A stretch of 64,000 nucleotides of DNA from Ostreococcus lucimarinus. Its lineage: Eukaryota. Positions 38,324 through 47,971 of the stretch are shown here, one piece after another. The stretch lies in the NCBI GenBank assembly GCA_000092065.1, contig CP000595.1. One strand, 5' to 3'. The stretch's first letter is position 1. The number at the start of each line of letters is the position of its first letter. The position numbers and the translations under genes are program-made. Under the pieces are notes generated by a model. The model was not told where the DNA came from and made no database searches. It saw only the letters and a list, made by a program, of their open reading frames with translations.

Positions 38324-41300
38324 ATGACGCGCGAGGAGCGAGGATCGTCGGCGAAGAAGAAGCGTCGAACGTCAACGTCGAGCGCGAAGGGCGAGAGCGG
38401 GGCGACGCTCGACGGACAACGCGAGGCGCGCGCGCTCGGGCCGTGGTCGACGACGGCGCGCGCGCGAGAGGAACGCGCGCGCGCGCGCGCGCACGCGAGC
38501 GCGAGCGCGAGTGGGAAACGAACGAGGGAGGAGGAGGAAAAGGGATCGTTTCGTGGATTATTCGTGGATTGTCGGACGGTGGACGATGACGCGGCGTTCG
38601 AGGCGTGGGAACGGGAGATGCGGGCGGTGGGCGAGGCGCTGCGCGAGTGCCCGTGTACCGAGAAAGACTGGGAGAGCGTGGGGGCGATGGAGAGTGCGCA
38701 AGGCGAAGGCGAAAGTGATGCGTGGGAAAGCGAGAAGATTTGGCTTCATAAGATGTCACGCATCGCGTTCTACGACTCGCAACCGCTGAGCGAGACGAAC
38801 GCGTGGCCGTTCGCTTCGAGAACGAAGAAGGACGCTACAAAGTCGACGGTGGCGCTCTTCAAGGCGAGCGTCTCGGCTTTCATCGCAGCGAAAAATACGC
38901 AGCGACTTGCGGAAGTGGACTGGAAATTACAAGAAAATAAATTAATCAACAGTTGGAAAGAATTGCTTATGACCCACACGCCTCGTCCGGGAGGCTTGGC
39001 AGACGTGTCGTGCGAGTTCAACGTGCACGTCACAGCGCTCGAGCAAGAGTTGGCGAAGAGACAAAATGAAGGTGATAAATCGGATGAATTTGGACGGCGC
39101 ATCAAACACATCAAAATCATGATACAGGTGTTGCAAAGCATAAAGGCGAGCTTCCAGTACTGCGCCACGGCGCTTTATGACACCGTGTTCGCGCCTCTGA
39201 GAGCTTTTTCTTCGGCGTCCATTACGAGTGAAAATTTCGAATCCGGCGTGGAGTTCGTCTCATGGGCCAGTCGCTCGGTGATGATCGCATCCGAACTGTG
39301 CCAAACGAAAGATTCATATCACGTTCGAATGACGCGATACACCAAACACGAGTTTTTGAATTGGTCACGAAAACTTTTGGACTTCTTCTACCACCACCTA
39401 TCGTCCGTGAGAGGTTCGCACATTGTCGAAACACTCGGGTCAGGTAGTGATTGTGCAGAATTAATGCAGCTCATCAAGTGCTTACCCACCATGCGTCTGA
39501 CGCTACCGTGCAAAGGGACTAGCCGGCGTGCCACCTATCTTTCGGACACAAGATTTTCGGACAAATTTCAACGAAAGCTGACACGATTCGCTCTCACGGT
39601 GATCGGTGCTGCAAAGTCTCAACTTTCGCAGCACACACAAACGCACAAATTAGGCAAATTTCTGTTCCCGGAGTGGATCGAGCATCTCGTCGATACCATC
39701 GAGCACAATAAGAGTTACACAGTGAAAGAGCTAGCCCGGGAGATTCTTCTCTCGTTGGATATTGCCAACTTGCTCGCAACTCGTGTAGAAGTGCTCAGCG
39801 TAAAATCTCTCATAAAATTGTCTGACGATGAATTGTCTGTCGACGACGAATTGTCTGTCGACTACGATGACGACGTAAAAGAGCTCAAAGAGTTGTTATC
39901 ATGGCTTCGCTCAATATTAAGCGTGCATCCATCCAAGTTGAGGAACGTGGCTGACTTGGCGAAGGACTTGATTTCCGTCTTTGGATTCTGTCGCCTCCGA
40001 CGCGAAACACATGGTGACAAAGTTCAAAAAAGTGGGCATGATCATAGTTTAGAGTCGGACATATGCAGTATCTTTGCGTGCCTCGCCGTCAGTCGCGATC
40101 ACGACCTTGACGATGAAGAGAAGCTCAAATCTTGTCCGTGTGAGATGGTCAAGTTGAGATCTGAAGACGCGAGAAAAATGATTCAGCAATTGGTGATGCA
40201 TGAAGATCATCTCGACGATGTCGAGGCGGTGATTTTGAATATGCTAACGCTGGATCGAACGAGCATGTCAGCGAGCGATACAACCATCCCTTCCGCTTTG
40301 GCCGCGCTGACTATGTTGGTCCGAAAAAATTGTGTCCTCAGGGAGCGATTTTTCAAATCGGGCGACACCACCAACACGTTGTTGGAGATTCTTGAGTGCA
40401 AGAATGCGAACGTAGCGCGCATCACCAGCGCTTGCATTCTGTCATTCGAAGAGCATCATCGGCTCGTGACTAGTTTGTACAAACCGAACGTGATCACCGA
40501 TAAAAAAGGCGAGCAAGTGACTGAAATATCTGGTTGGGACGTTGACACGATTCGTCAGTCGCTCAGAGCCATCTCTGCGCTCGTCAAAGACTCTACCGTG
40601 TCTTCAATCGGTTTCGATAGCGCCATTTTGGAAGTCATCTGCACTGATAGGCGAATGCTTGTTCTTACGAACAAGATCAAGGCGACGATAGAAAAGAAGA
40701 TTAACAAGAGTATGGATTATCCCAACTCCCGGCTCTGCTTCCCAGAAGCTCTGCTTGAAGAATGGGTGTTCGATCTACTCTGCATGAGAAGCGATCTTCT
40801 CACTCAAATGGCCACTGCGGTCACAAACGGCGGCGGTGACCCGTGGAAAAACTTCAAGCCTAAACATGAAGAGTTCGCGAGTTTCATCAGTCGTGAGTTT
40901 GAAGTCGCGAACACCGACGCGACGATACCACCGGAGGCGCACGCAGAATGGTTTCAAGAGGTCGTGACATTGGTGACAACTGTGCAAGAAAAACTCAAGA
41001 AAGACGAGGAAATCTCCGACGTCTGCAGTATTTTGATGGATGGAGACACCGATGGTCCATCTTCCCGTGTTGGTATCGTAGTCCCCATCTTAACTCTGTT
41101 ACACAAATGTCGCATCTTGCAGGAGCACAATTTGATTTCCGAGCTAGAAGTCGAGGGCATCAGCGATATTGAAAAAGAAGCGTGTTACGTCATCGGCTTA
41201 TTAGCGAGTAAGCAAGGAATTCAAGATCGTATCGCAAGCTCTTTCCTTATCGAAGGCAAGAACGGAATCGAGCAATTAATTCCGCTCTTGCAACGATACC

Positions 41301-43258
41301 AACCCAGTGCGAAAAACGCCGCGAATGCCAGTGTTGCGAGACGCGCATCGGATGCAATCACAAACTTAGCACACGAGAACAGTCGCATTAAAACGATGGT
41401 TCGAAATGCGAATGGCATCCCTCCTCTGGTCAATCTATTGGAATCGCAAGAGAAAAAAGTCCAGAAGGCTGCCGCTAGTGCGCTCAGAACTCTGGCTTTC
41501 AAAAATGGTGAAAATAAAAACCAAATTGTCGAGTGTGGCGCACTTCCGAAGCTCATTTTCATGGCTCGTTCAGAGGACGTAATGATTCACAAAGAAGCAA
41601 TTGGTGTGATTGGAAACTTGGTTCACTCTTCGCCGCACATCAAACGACGCGCCCTCGACGAAGGAGCGCTGCAACCCGTGATTGAATTGCTCAAGTCTCA
41701 GTGTTCCGAAACGCAGCGTGAGGCGGCGTTATTGCTTGGTCAGTTTGCCGCGCGCCTTGAGCCTGCAGCGCCGGGTGATCCAGACTATCGGACAAAAATA
41801 GTCCAGCGTGGAGCTGTAGAGCCGTTGATTAAAATGCTCGGCGGTCAATTTGTCTATCGTGAACCTGGTCTTCGAGAGATGGCAGCCTTTGCCCTCGGTC
41901 GACTTGCGCAACACGGGGATAATCAAGTCGGAATCTGCCATTCGGATGGATTACGGCCGTTGTTGACGTTACTCGAATCAGAGATAGAAGATATCGCCGA
42001 AGGACTTCGTCATCATAGCGCTTCCGGGAAGTCTGATCACGAGATCGATCTAGACGCCAAGCGCTTTGCTGAAAATTTGCAGCACAACGCTGCGTTTGCA
42101 CTCTATGGCCTAGCCGCGCATCAAGACAACGTGCCAAAGATGCTCAAAGAGAACGCCTTCATGCGGTTGAAATTTTCTCATCTCATCGCCGAACAGAGCA
42201 AACAATGTGTGAATAAAACGTTAAAGCGGCTCGAGGACGGAGTCAGCCGCAGAGATGTCTTGACTTATCTCGGTTTCGTCATAAGCACTGGCAAGCCAGT
42301 CGAACGTCAAAGAGTAACGCTCGCTCTGGCTTGGCTAATCAGGAAAGAAAACCAAGACTATCTGAAAGACATGCGCGCGGTTTTCATAGACAAAGGTGGT
42401 CTTGACGTCCTTTCTGGCGCTTTACTTGATACGCCGGCGGAGCCCATAGACTTTTCTGGGCATACGAGTGGTCTCGCCGGTGGCAAACGCATTGTAAACG
42501 TGATAATGGAGGCTCTGAGAGAGATTAAGGACAAGCTGGTGTCACAGGTTGTGGTGGAATCTCACATGATGCCGCCACCCTCGACGCCAACGGCCGAGGA
42601 GCATATGCCAGCGAACTTCAATGACCCCGAGCTTTCAGACGTGACGTTTATTGCTCGGGATGATGAAGGTGAAAAGCGAGAGTTCAATGCGCATAGAATC
42701 GCTTTTACGCACGCCTCTGATGCGTTCTTATCAACGCTCGAAGCGGGTAAAGCTGATGTCGACGTTTATCCCGCCACATACAAGGTTGACCTCGAAGACG
42801 TTTGTTGGAACGTGCTTGAGGCGATGATGGATTTCATTTACACGGGCACTGTCGGACCGATGTCCAGCCTCCGAGACCAGGCGTTTCTCCAGCATAGATG
42901 CGAGGACGTACTCTCCGCCACGACACGCTTCGACCTTCCCGGGCTCAAGTATTTGACCGAAAAACTTTTCATCGATAACGTGAAAATGGATACTTTCACA
43001 TTCGCGAGAACGTGTGCATTGTATCGCGCCGCCGTGGAGCACGACGCCGTGGCGATCCAGGACCACGTGCTGGGCTATGTTCTCGACAACTACGACAAAC
43101 CTTGGATTGACGACGATGTCACGATGAATTGTCTCACTTCATACAAAGCGCGCGTGAAAGACATCGTCGAATGCTTCGGGAAAGGCTTGGTGAAATACCT
43201 TGACAAACTGTTGCGCCGAGAGCGCGTCGCCGTCGTCGCGGACGCGCAAGACGAATGA
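38324..43258 (+). CDS. Large Armadillo-repeat plus BTB/POZ protein (ARIA/ABAP1-like architecture) with a long N-terminal helical region
   Basis: ARM repeats, for example ITNLAHENSRIKTMVRNANGIPPLVNLLES, AAASALRTLAFKNGENKNQIVECGALPKLIFMARSED and IGVIGNLVHSSPHIKRRALDEGALQPVIELL. A C-terminal BTB is present: ELSDVTFIARDDEGEKREFNAHRIAFTHASDAFLSTLEAG...DVCWNVLEAMMDFIYTG. ATG at 38324. The gene is AT-richer than its neighbours. Confidence 0.65.
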   Translation: MTREERGSSAKKKRRTSTSSAKGESGATLDGQREARALGPWSTTARAREERARARAHASASASGKRTREEEEKGSFRGLFVDCRTVDDDAAFEAWEREMRAVGEALRECPCTEKDWESVGAMESAQGEGESDAWESEKIWLHKMSRIAFYDSQPLSETNAWPFASRTKKDATKSTVALFKASVSAFIAAKNTQRLAEVDWKLQENKLINSWKELLMTHTPRPGGLADVSCEFNVHVTALEQELAKRQNEGDKSDEFGRRIKHIKIMIQVLQSIKASFQYCATALYDTVFAPLRAFSSASITSENFESGVEFVSWASRSVMIASELCQTKDSYHVRMTRYTKHEFLNWSRKLLDFFYHHLSSVRGSHIVETLGSGSDCAELMQLIKCLPTMRLTLPCKGTSRRATYLSDTRFSDKFQRKLTRFALTVIGAAKSQLSQHTQTHKLGKFLFPEWIEHLVDTIEHNKSYTVKELAREILLSLDIANLLATRVEVLSVKSLIKLSDDELSVDDELSVDYDDDVKELKELLSWLRSILSVHPSKLRNVADLAKDLISVFGFCRLRRETHGDKVQKSGHDHSLESDICSIFACLAVSRDHDLDDEEKLKSCPCEMVKLRSEDARKMIQQLVMHEDHLDDVEAVILNMLTLDRTSMSASDTTIPSALAALTMLVRKNCVLRERFFKSGDTTNTLLEILECKNANVARITSACILSFEEHHRLVTSLYKPNVITDKKGEQVTEISGWDVDTIRQSLRAISALVKDSTVSSIGFDSAILEVICTDRRMLVLTNKIKATIEKKINKSMDYPNSRLCFPEALLEEWVFDLLCMRSDLLTQMATAVTNGGGDPWKNFKPKHEEFASFISREFEVANTDATIPPEAHAEWFQEVVTLVTTVQEKLKKDEEISDVCSILMDGDTDGPSSRVGIVVPILTLLHKCRILQEHNLISELEVEGISDIEKEACYVIGLLASKQGIQDRIASSFLIEGKNGIEQLIPLLQRYQPSAKNAANASVARRASDAITNLAHENSRIKTMVRNANGIPPLVNLLESQEKKVQKAAASALRTLAFKNGENKNQIVECGALPKLIFMARSEDVMIHKEAIGVIGNLVHSSPHIKRRALDEGALQPVIELLKSQCSETQREAALLLGQFAARLEPAAPGDPDYRTKIVQRGAVEPLIKMLGGQFVYREPGLREMAAFALGRLAQHGDNQVGICHSDGLRPLLTLLESEIEDIAEGLRHHSASGKSDHEIDLDAKRFAENLQHNAAFALYGLAAHQDNVPKMLKENAFMRLKFSHLIAEQSKQCVNKTLKRLEDGVSRRDVLTYLGFVISTGKPVERQRVTLALAWLIRKENQDYLKDMRAVFIDKGGLDVLSGALLDTPAEPIDFSGHTSGLAGGKRIVNVIMEALREIKDKLVSQVVVESHMMPPPSTPTAEEHMPANFNDPELSDVTFIARDDEGEKREFNAHRIAFTHASDAFLSTLEAGKADVDVYPATYKVDLEDVCWNVLEAMMDFIYTGTVGPMSSLRDQAFLQHRCEDVLSATTRFDLPGLKYLTEKLFIDNVKMDTFTFARTCALYRAAVEHDAVAIQDHVLGYVLDNYDKPWIDDDVTMNCLTSYKARVKDIVECFGKGLVKYLDKLLRRERVAVVADAQDE

Positions 43259-43417
43259 TGACAGCATTTGCACGCATCCTAACATTGTAAAACACACACG
43301 AACGATTCATAGTAGTGAATCTAGAACAACGAATTGAAGCAAATACTGCGTCTGATTACACAATTGGACTAAAATAATCTGCCGTCACCGCGCTACCTAA
43401 GGTTCGTCTCGTCCCGC

Positions 43418-44141
43418 TTAAGAAATGATCAGCGCCTTCTTGAGCAAAGCACCCACGGTCTCCGACGGTTGCGCACCCTTGGCGATCCAATCCTTGATCG
43501 CCGGCGCATCCAAAGAGGATTGCTTGCGGATCGGATCGTACCACCCCAACTGTTGGATTGGCAAACCGTCGCGGCGCGCGCGCGAGTCGATGGCGATGAT
43601 GCGATAAAACGGTTCCTTCTTGCGACCCATGCGAGTGAATCGAATCTATATCGCGTCGTAATCGCGCAAACTCGTCAGTCTCCCGTTCACACTCCCGTTC
43701 ACTCCTCGTTCTCGACTCTCCTTCGCGTCTTTCGCGTTCGAAATCCCCATCCTCGCGTTCGTCTCCCCGAGGTCAAGCCCTGAGGAAATAGGGTTCCTCC
43801 CTCCCTCGCATCTCGCGCGACGTACCGCAACTCTGTTCTCCACGCGCAGCGCCGCGCGAGCGCCCGTGATGGTTCTCTTTTCAACCTATCGTCGCGCGCA
43901 TCCACCGTCCGTCGTCAGTCGTCGCGTTCGCGTCCTCGTCGTCCGCCGTCGCCGCGACCCCACCCATCGTCGACGGCGTCGCGCGATTCGGTCGTCCCGC
44001 GTCCCGCCGTCGCGCTTCGCGCGCCGCCGCGTCGTCGTCGTCGTCTCGACGATTCAATTTTACGCGACGCTCGCGCACCTTGCTCTGCACGCGCGCGCCG
44101 CCGACGAGGGCGGCGCTGAACGTGAACGTGCTCGCGCTCAT
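43418..44141 (-). CDS. RPS16: Organellar (bacterial-type) 30S ribosomal protein S16, nuclear-encoded; 3' exon 43418..43645, tentative 5' exons 43826..43885 and 44079..44141
   Basis: The 3' exon [71 protein letters not shown] matches bacterial/chloroplast S16 (VKIRLAR.G.K..P.YRIV..D.R..RDG...E.LG.YDP). Acceptor tatag at 43646-48. The bacterial N-terminal beta-strand is completed only if an upstream exon is added. The proposed upstream exons ([20 protein letters not shown] with gtacgt donor; [21 protein letters not shown] with gtgcgc donor) supply a presequence but are inferred. Confidence 0.5.
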
Positions 44142-44390
44142 GACGGACGCGGTGTGCCGCGACGACGCGCGCGGGGGCGCTCGACGCGCGACGGGCTGTT
44201 GGTGGCGTGCGATCGCATCGCGCCCGATGCGCGTCCGTCATGGGATCTCTCGCGCGCGGAATACGCGATCCCGACGCCTGCGCTCAAAAAATGCGAAAAC
44301 GAGACGTCACACGGACCGCGAACCCTCGCGCTCGAGGTCGCGCGATCGCGCTCGACGCGGCCTCTTTCGTCGACGCGCGCGCGACTCACG

Positions 44391-44938
44391 ATGATCAACG
44401 CCGACGGTGAAAATGTGGACCTGTACATCCCGAGAAAGTGCTCGTGGACGAACCGCCTGATCACGGCGAAGGATAAGGCGTCGGTGCAGCTGAACGTCGG
44501 GCATCTCGACGCGAACGGGGTGTACGACGGACGGTACACGACGGTCGCGCTCGCGGGTTACGTGCGAAGCAAGGTGCGTGCGCGCGCTCGATGCGATGGG
44601 GAAGAAATGTTTGCGTCGCCCGGGCGCGGGCGGCGGCGATGGGGGTCGACGATGCGCGCGCGACGCGGCGATCGCGCGGTGGTCGAGCGAGGCTAGGGCT
44701 TTTGAGCGCGCGCGCGGGCGACGAGGCGGGGCGCAGGACGTCGAGTGGGGGCGACGAGGCGCGTTTGGGATGGTTAAGGCGCGAAGCGGAGAGATCGCGC
44801 GCGTGGTGCGCGTGATGCGTCGTGCGAACGCGTGTACTGACGAATCGACGCTCGTTTGTTTCCCGCGAATAGGGCGAATCCGACTCCGCCATCGACTTGC
44901 TCTGGCAAAAGAAGAAGGCGGCCATCAACCAAGCGTAA
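44391..44938 (+). CDS. RPS21: 40S ribosomal protein S21e, 2 exons: join(44391..44573, 44873..44938), 82 aa
   Basis: Exon 1 is [61 protein letters not shown]. Exon 2 is [21 protein letters not shown], which matches S21e (MQNDAGE.VDLY.PRKCS..NR.I.AKDHAS.Q.N... / GESDDSILRLAK..G). Donor gtgcgt; acceptor cgcgaatag. The track shows a spurious 276-aa ORF (43866-44696) that contains exon 1. Confidence 0.75.
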
Positions 44939-45333
44939 GCGTTCCTGAATGCGTGCTTCATTCGATGGTTAGCGGAGGGTGTGGCGACGATGATAGACGA
45001 GACCAGACCGGCGACGAGCTGGATATAGACTTTGCAAACCAATCACAGGTTTCTTACATTTGAGCGCGGAGACGGCTCCTCGCATCGCGACGAACGCGCC
45101 TCCTCGCGACGAACGCGCTTCGCTTCGCTCGTCGTCATCGTTGTTCGCATCACGCGTGCGTTATTTTTCTGTTCCCACGTCATTATTACAAGTTTTATTT
45201 GCCCCCATTCTCGTCCCGAGCCTCGTTTCGAGCGCGCGCGCCGCTCCGCGCGCGCTCGCGTCCGTCGTCGCCTCGACGTCGACGCACGGTCGTCGTCGTC
45301 GATCGAAGTCGTCGATGTCTGTCATCCCTCGAC

Positions 45334-45771
45334 TCAGTCTCGCTTCAACATGTTCTTCAATCCCCCGGTCGTGCTCGTGCCCCAGAGCAACAGCGCGACG
45401 TTCACGGCGACTTGCAGCTTCCAGGTCTGCGCCACGAATTCCACCGTCTGCCGCCTCGCGTACGTGACGCGCGCGCAGTCGTAGAACATTTTCAGCGTGA
45501 AGGCGTGGAACGCGTTGCACTGCTTGGCGAACACGGCGTTGGACGTGCCCAAACGCTTGCCCAGGACGAGGATTAAAAATCCGAGTCCAGTCATGCGGGC
45601 GAAGAACCCGCTCTGCGTCGTCGCCGCGCCGACGGCGTTGAAGTAACGCAACGGCATGACGCCCGCGGTGGCGCTCCAGAATTTGTCCGGGTTGAGAAAC
45701 AGCGTCACGCCGAACAGCGTGAAGTAGTGCTGCATCGCGGTCGCGTACTGATCGACGTTACGGAAATTCAT
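45334..45771 (-). CDS. Small multi-pass membrane protein (about 145 aa, 3-4 TM), function unknown
   Basis: Hydrophobic segments YFTLFGVTLFL, GLGFLILVLG and AVNVALLLWG. ATG at 45771 (the track start 45801 is TTG). No family signature was recognised. Confidence 0.35.
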   Translation of the reverse strand: MNFRNVDQYATAMQHYFTLFGVTLFLNPDKFWSATAGVMPLRYFNAVGAATTQSGFFARMTGLGFLILVLGKRLGTSNAVFAKQCNAFHAFTLKMFYDCARVTYARRQTVEFVAQTWKLQVAVNVALLLWGTSTTGGLKNMLKRD

Positions 45772-46078
45772 CGTTGTTGTTCGTGTCGGTTCCGAGAGCA
45801 AGGGTGCGACGGTGCGTTGTCGCGCGACGTGGAATGGCGACGCGGGAATCGAATCGAATCGCGACGTTTCGTTTTCGCGGATCGAGATTATAAACTTTTT
45901 TTGATGGGTGTTTCATGATGTATTATGCGCGTTTGTAATCACTTTTCGTGTAAAGCTCGCACGAGGGGAAAGACGACGACGTGGCGCCGAATGCCAGCTG
46001 GCACCGGGCCGCGGGTCGAAAGGTTCGTGTTTGAATCGTGTCTGAATGTTCCGACGCGTCCATCGCGTCGCCCGTTCG

Positions 46079-47665
46079 TCACGGCGAAGGGCGCGCTTTT
46101 TTCGCGCGACCAGGCGAGAACATGCTCGAGAGGAAATTCTTCCTTCGCGGCGGCGTCGTTCGGGCGAAGACGTCGGTTTTCGCCGCGTCTGCGTCGATGG
46201 GTTTCAACGCGACGTCGTCGTCATCGATTAAATCGATCGTCAGCACATCACGACTGTCGACGGCGTTTTCGACGGCATTTGAGATGGGGACGGCGTCGAC
46301 GTTGACGGCGGCCAACGCGTCGTCGTCCAATTCGTCATCTTCAAACGTCGGTGCTTCAAAGACTGGTTTTTTTTTGGGTGAAACAACTTTCGTCAAGAAG
46401 TTCATCATGAACGAACGCTGCGCCGAGGTACCTTGAGCTGCCTTGCCTCGCCTGTCGCCAATTTTCAGCGTCGTCTTCTTCGCCGCTCGCCGTGGCGATT
46501 CAATCTTAAATTTCTGGCGGGTGATAGGGTTTAATTCACCTTCCGCTATGCGCCTCGCTTCATCGTCATCGAATTTCGGCCCGAGAAAACTCAAATCGTT
46601 CGCGAACTCGCAATGCTCGGGAACCGGCGTGAGGTGTCGAAGCGCGCCGGCGTGGGGGTCCCACACCAACGCGTGCTTGAAAATCATTCGTGCCTTTCTC
46701 CACTCCACTTCGTACCCTTCCGCGATCAAATCCTTAATTTTTTCATTCGCCCTCAATTCGGCGAACACCGCGTCGACACATCGATGTTTGTTCAAAATAT
46801 TGTACATTTTTTTGATACCCAAGCCGCGAATGTTGTCCAAGAAATCGCACCCCGACAACACGCACAAGCTTAGAAATAATTCGTAGTCCCACCCAGTGAA
46901 ATCCAGCGGCGGCGGACCTTTGCTTTTCGGTTTATTCGCTCGCCCGATCGCGTTGTCGTCGACGTTTTCATCGCTCGGCGTTTCCGTAGTCGTCGTCGTC
47001 GTCGCGCGCGCGGCGCCTTCAAACAAACTCGCCAACCTCAGCTCCTTCGCATCGCCGGATTTTTCCAACTTAAACACTACGCGCGGACACCCGTACGCCA
47101 CGAGATCGGAATCTTCCGTGAACACTAAATCTACCCCCCCCCGTTCCTTCGCCGTGAGAGCGAGCGACGCAATCGTCGCGTCAGCCTCGTACGGCGCGAC
47201 GACGAACTCGAATTTCTCCCTCTTCAGCGCCACGATCAGCTCCCTCGCCATCTCCGGCGTCACATCGATCGCCCCCGAAAACGCCCGAAACGCTCCCTCC
47301 TTATCGCCCGCCGCGCGCGCCCGCTCTCCTCGCTCCAACAGCGCCGCCCGTCGCTCGCGTCTCGCGCGTTCCTCGCCTCGCTTCGCCGGCGCTCTGTCGC
47401 CGTCGAACACGATCACCGGTTCGATCCCGTGATGCCTCAGCATGTTCGCTCGGTGCACGGCGTATTTCACGTACGGCGCCGTCGCGCCCGGTCGTCGCTC
47501 CCACGCGCGATCGCCTCCGGGCGCGAGCGCGTCGACGCACCCGAACGCGCCCTTGTGCAGCCAGCTGTAGGCGTCCACCGCGCATCGCGTGCCGGGCGCG
47601 TATTCACCGACGTGCACGCGCTCGCAGTACGGCTCGAGGACGGCGGGCAGGCCCTTGATGCCCAT
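46079..47665 (-). CDS. EXO1: Exonuclease 1 (EXO1; XPG/RAD2 family 5'-3' exonuclease)
   Basis: N-domain MGIKGLPAVLEPYCERVHVGEYAPGTRCAVDAYSWLHKGA (EXO1: MGIQGLLQF...VAVDTYCWLHKGA). I-domain VVAPYEADATIASLAL...VDLVFTEDSDLVAYGC. H3TH region GIGIKKMYNIL. The track start 47800 is GTG; ATG at 47665. Confidence 0.75.
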   Translation of the reverse strand: MGIKGLPAVLEPYCERVHVGEYAPGTRCAVDAYSWLHKGAFGCVDALAPGGDRAWERRPGATAPYVKYAVHRANMLRHHGIEPVIVFDGDRAPAKRGEERARRERRAALLERGERARAAGDKEGAFRAFSGAIDVTPEMARELIVALKREKFEFVVAPYEADATIASLALTAKERGGVDLVFTEDSDLVAYGCPRVVFKLEKSGDAKELRLASLFEGAARATTTTTTETPSDENVDDNAIGRANKPKSKGPPPLDFTGWDYELFLSLCVLSGCDFLDNIRGLGIKKMYNILNKHRCVDAVFAELRANEKIKDLIAEGYEVEWRKARMIFKHALVWDPHAGALRHLTPVPEHCEFANDLSFLGPKFDDDEARRIAEGELNPITRQKFKIESPRRAAKKTTLKIGDRRGKAAQGTSAQRSFMMNFLTKVVSPKKKPVFEAPTFEDDELDDDALAAVNVDAVPISNAVENAVDSRDVLTIDLIDDDDVALKPIDADAAKTDVFARTTPPRRKNFLSSMFSPGRAKKARPSP

Positions 47666-47971
47666 GCGGCGCGTTCGAACGCGCGCGTCGCGCGGTGCCG
47701 ACGACCGGCGTCGCGACAGCCGGGACGCGCGTTCGAACGCGCGACGCGCGAGAGATATTTCGCGTCGGACTGTTTGCGCGTACGTGCGGTCGGTCGCCAC
47801 GAATCCGTCTCACGTCGCGCAAAATATACACACGGACGCAAACGCGATTCCGCCGGCGGCGGCGCCGCGCGCCTCGCGACGACGCGCGACGGACGCGCGC
47901 GCGCGCGAACGCGGCGCGGATCGCTCGATACGCGAATTCCGCGACGTCGATAACGCGGCGAGGCGCGAAAC

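Noticed and set aside
43866-44696. 276-aa ORF 43866-44696 taken as one protein
   Set aside because: Only residues MINADGEN...YVRSK (RPS21 exon 1) are real. The upstream 175 aa is a poly-Arg/Val promoter translation, and downstream is intron read-through after a GTGCGT donor.
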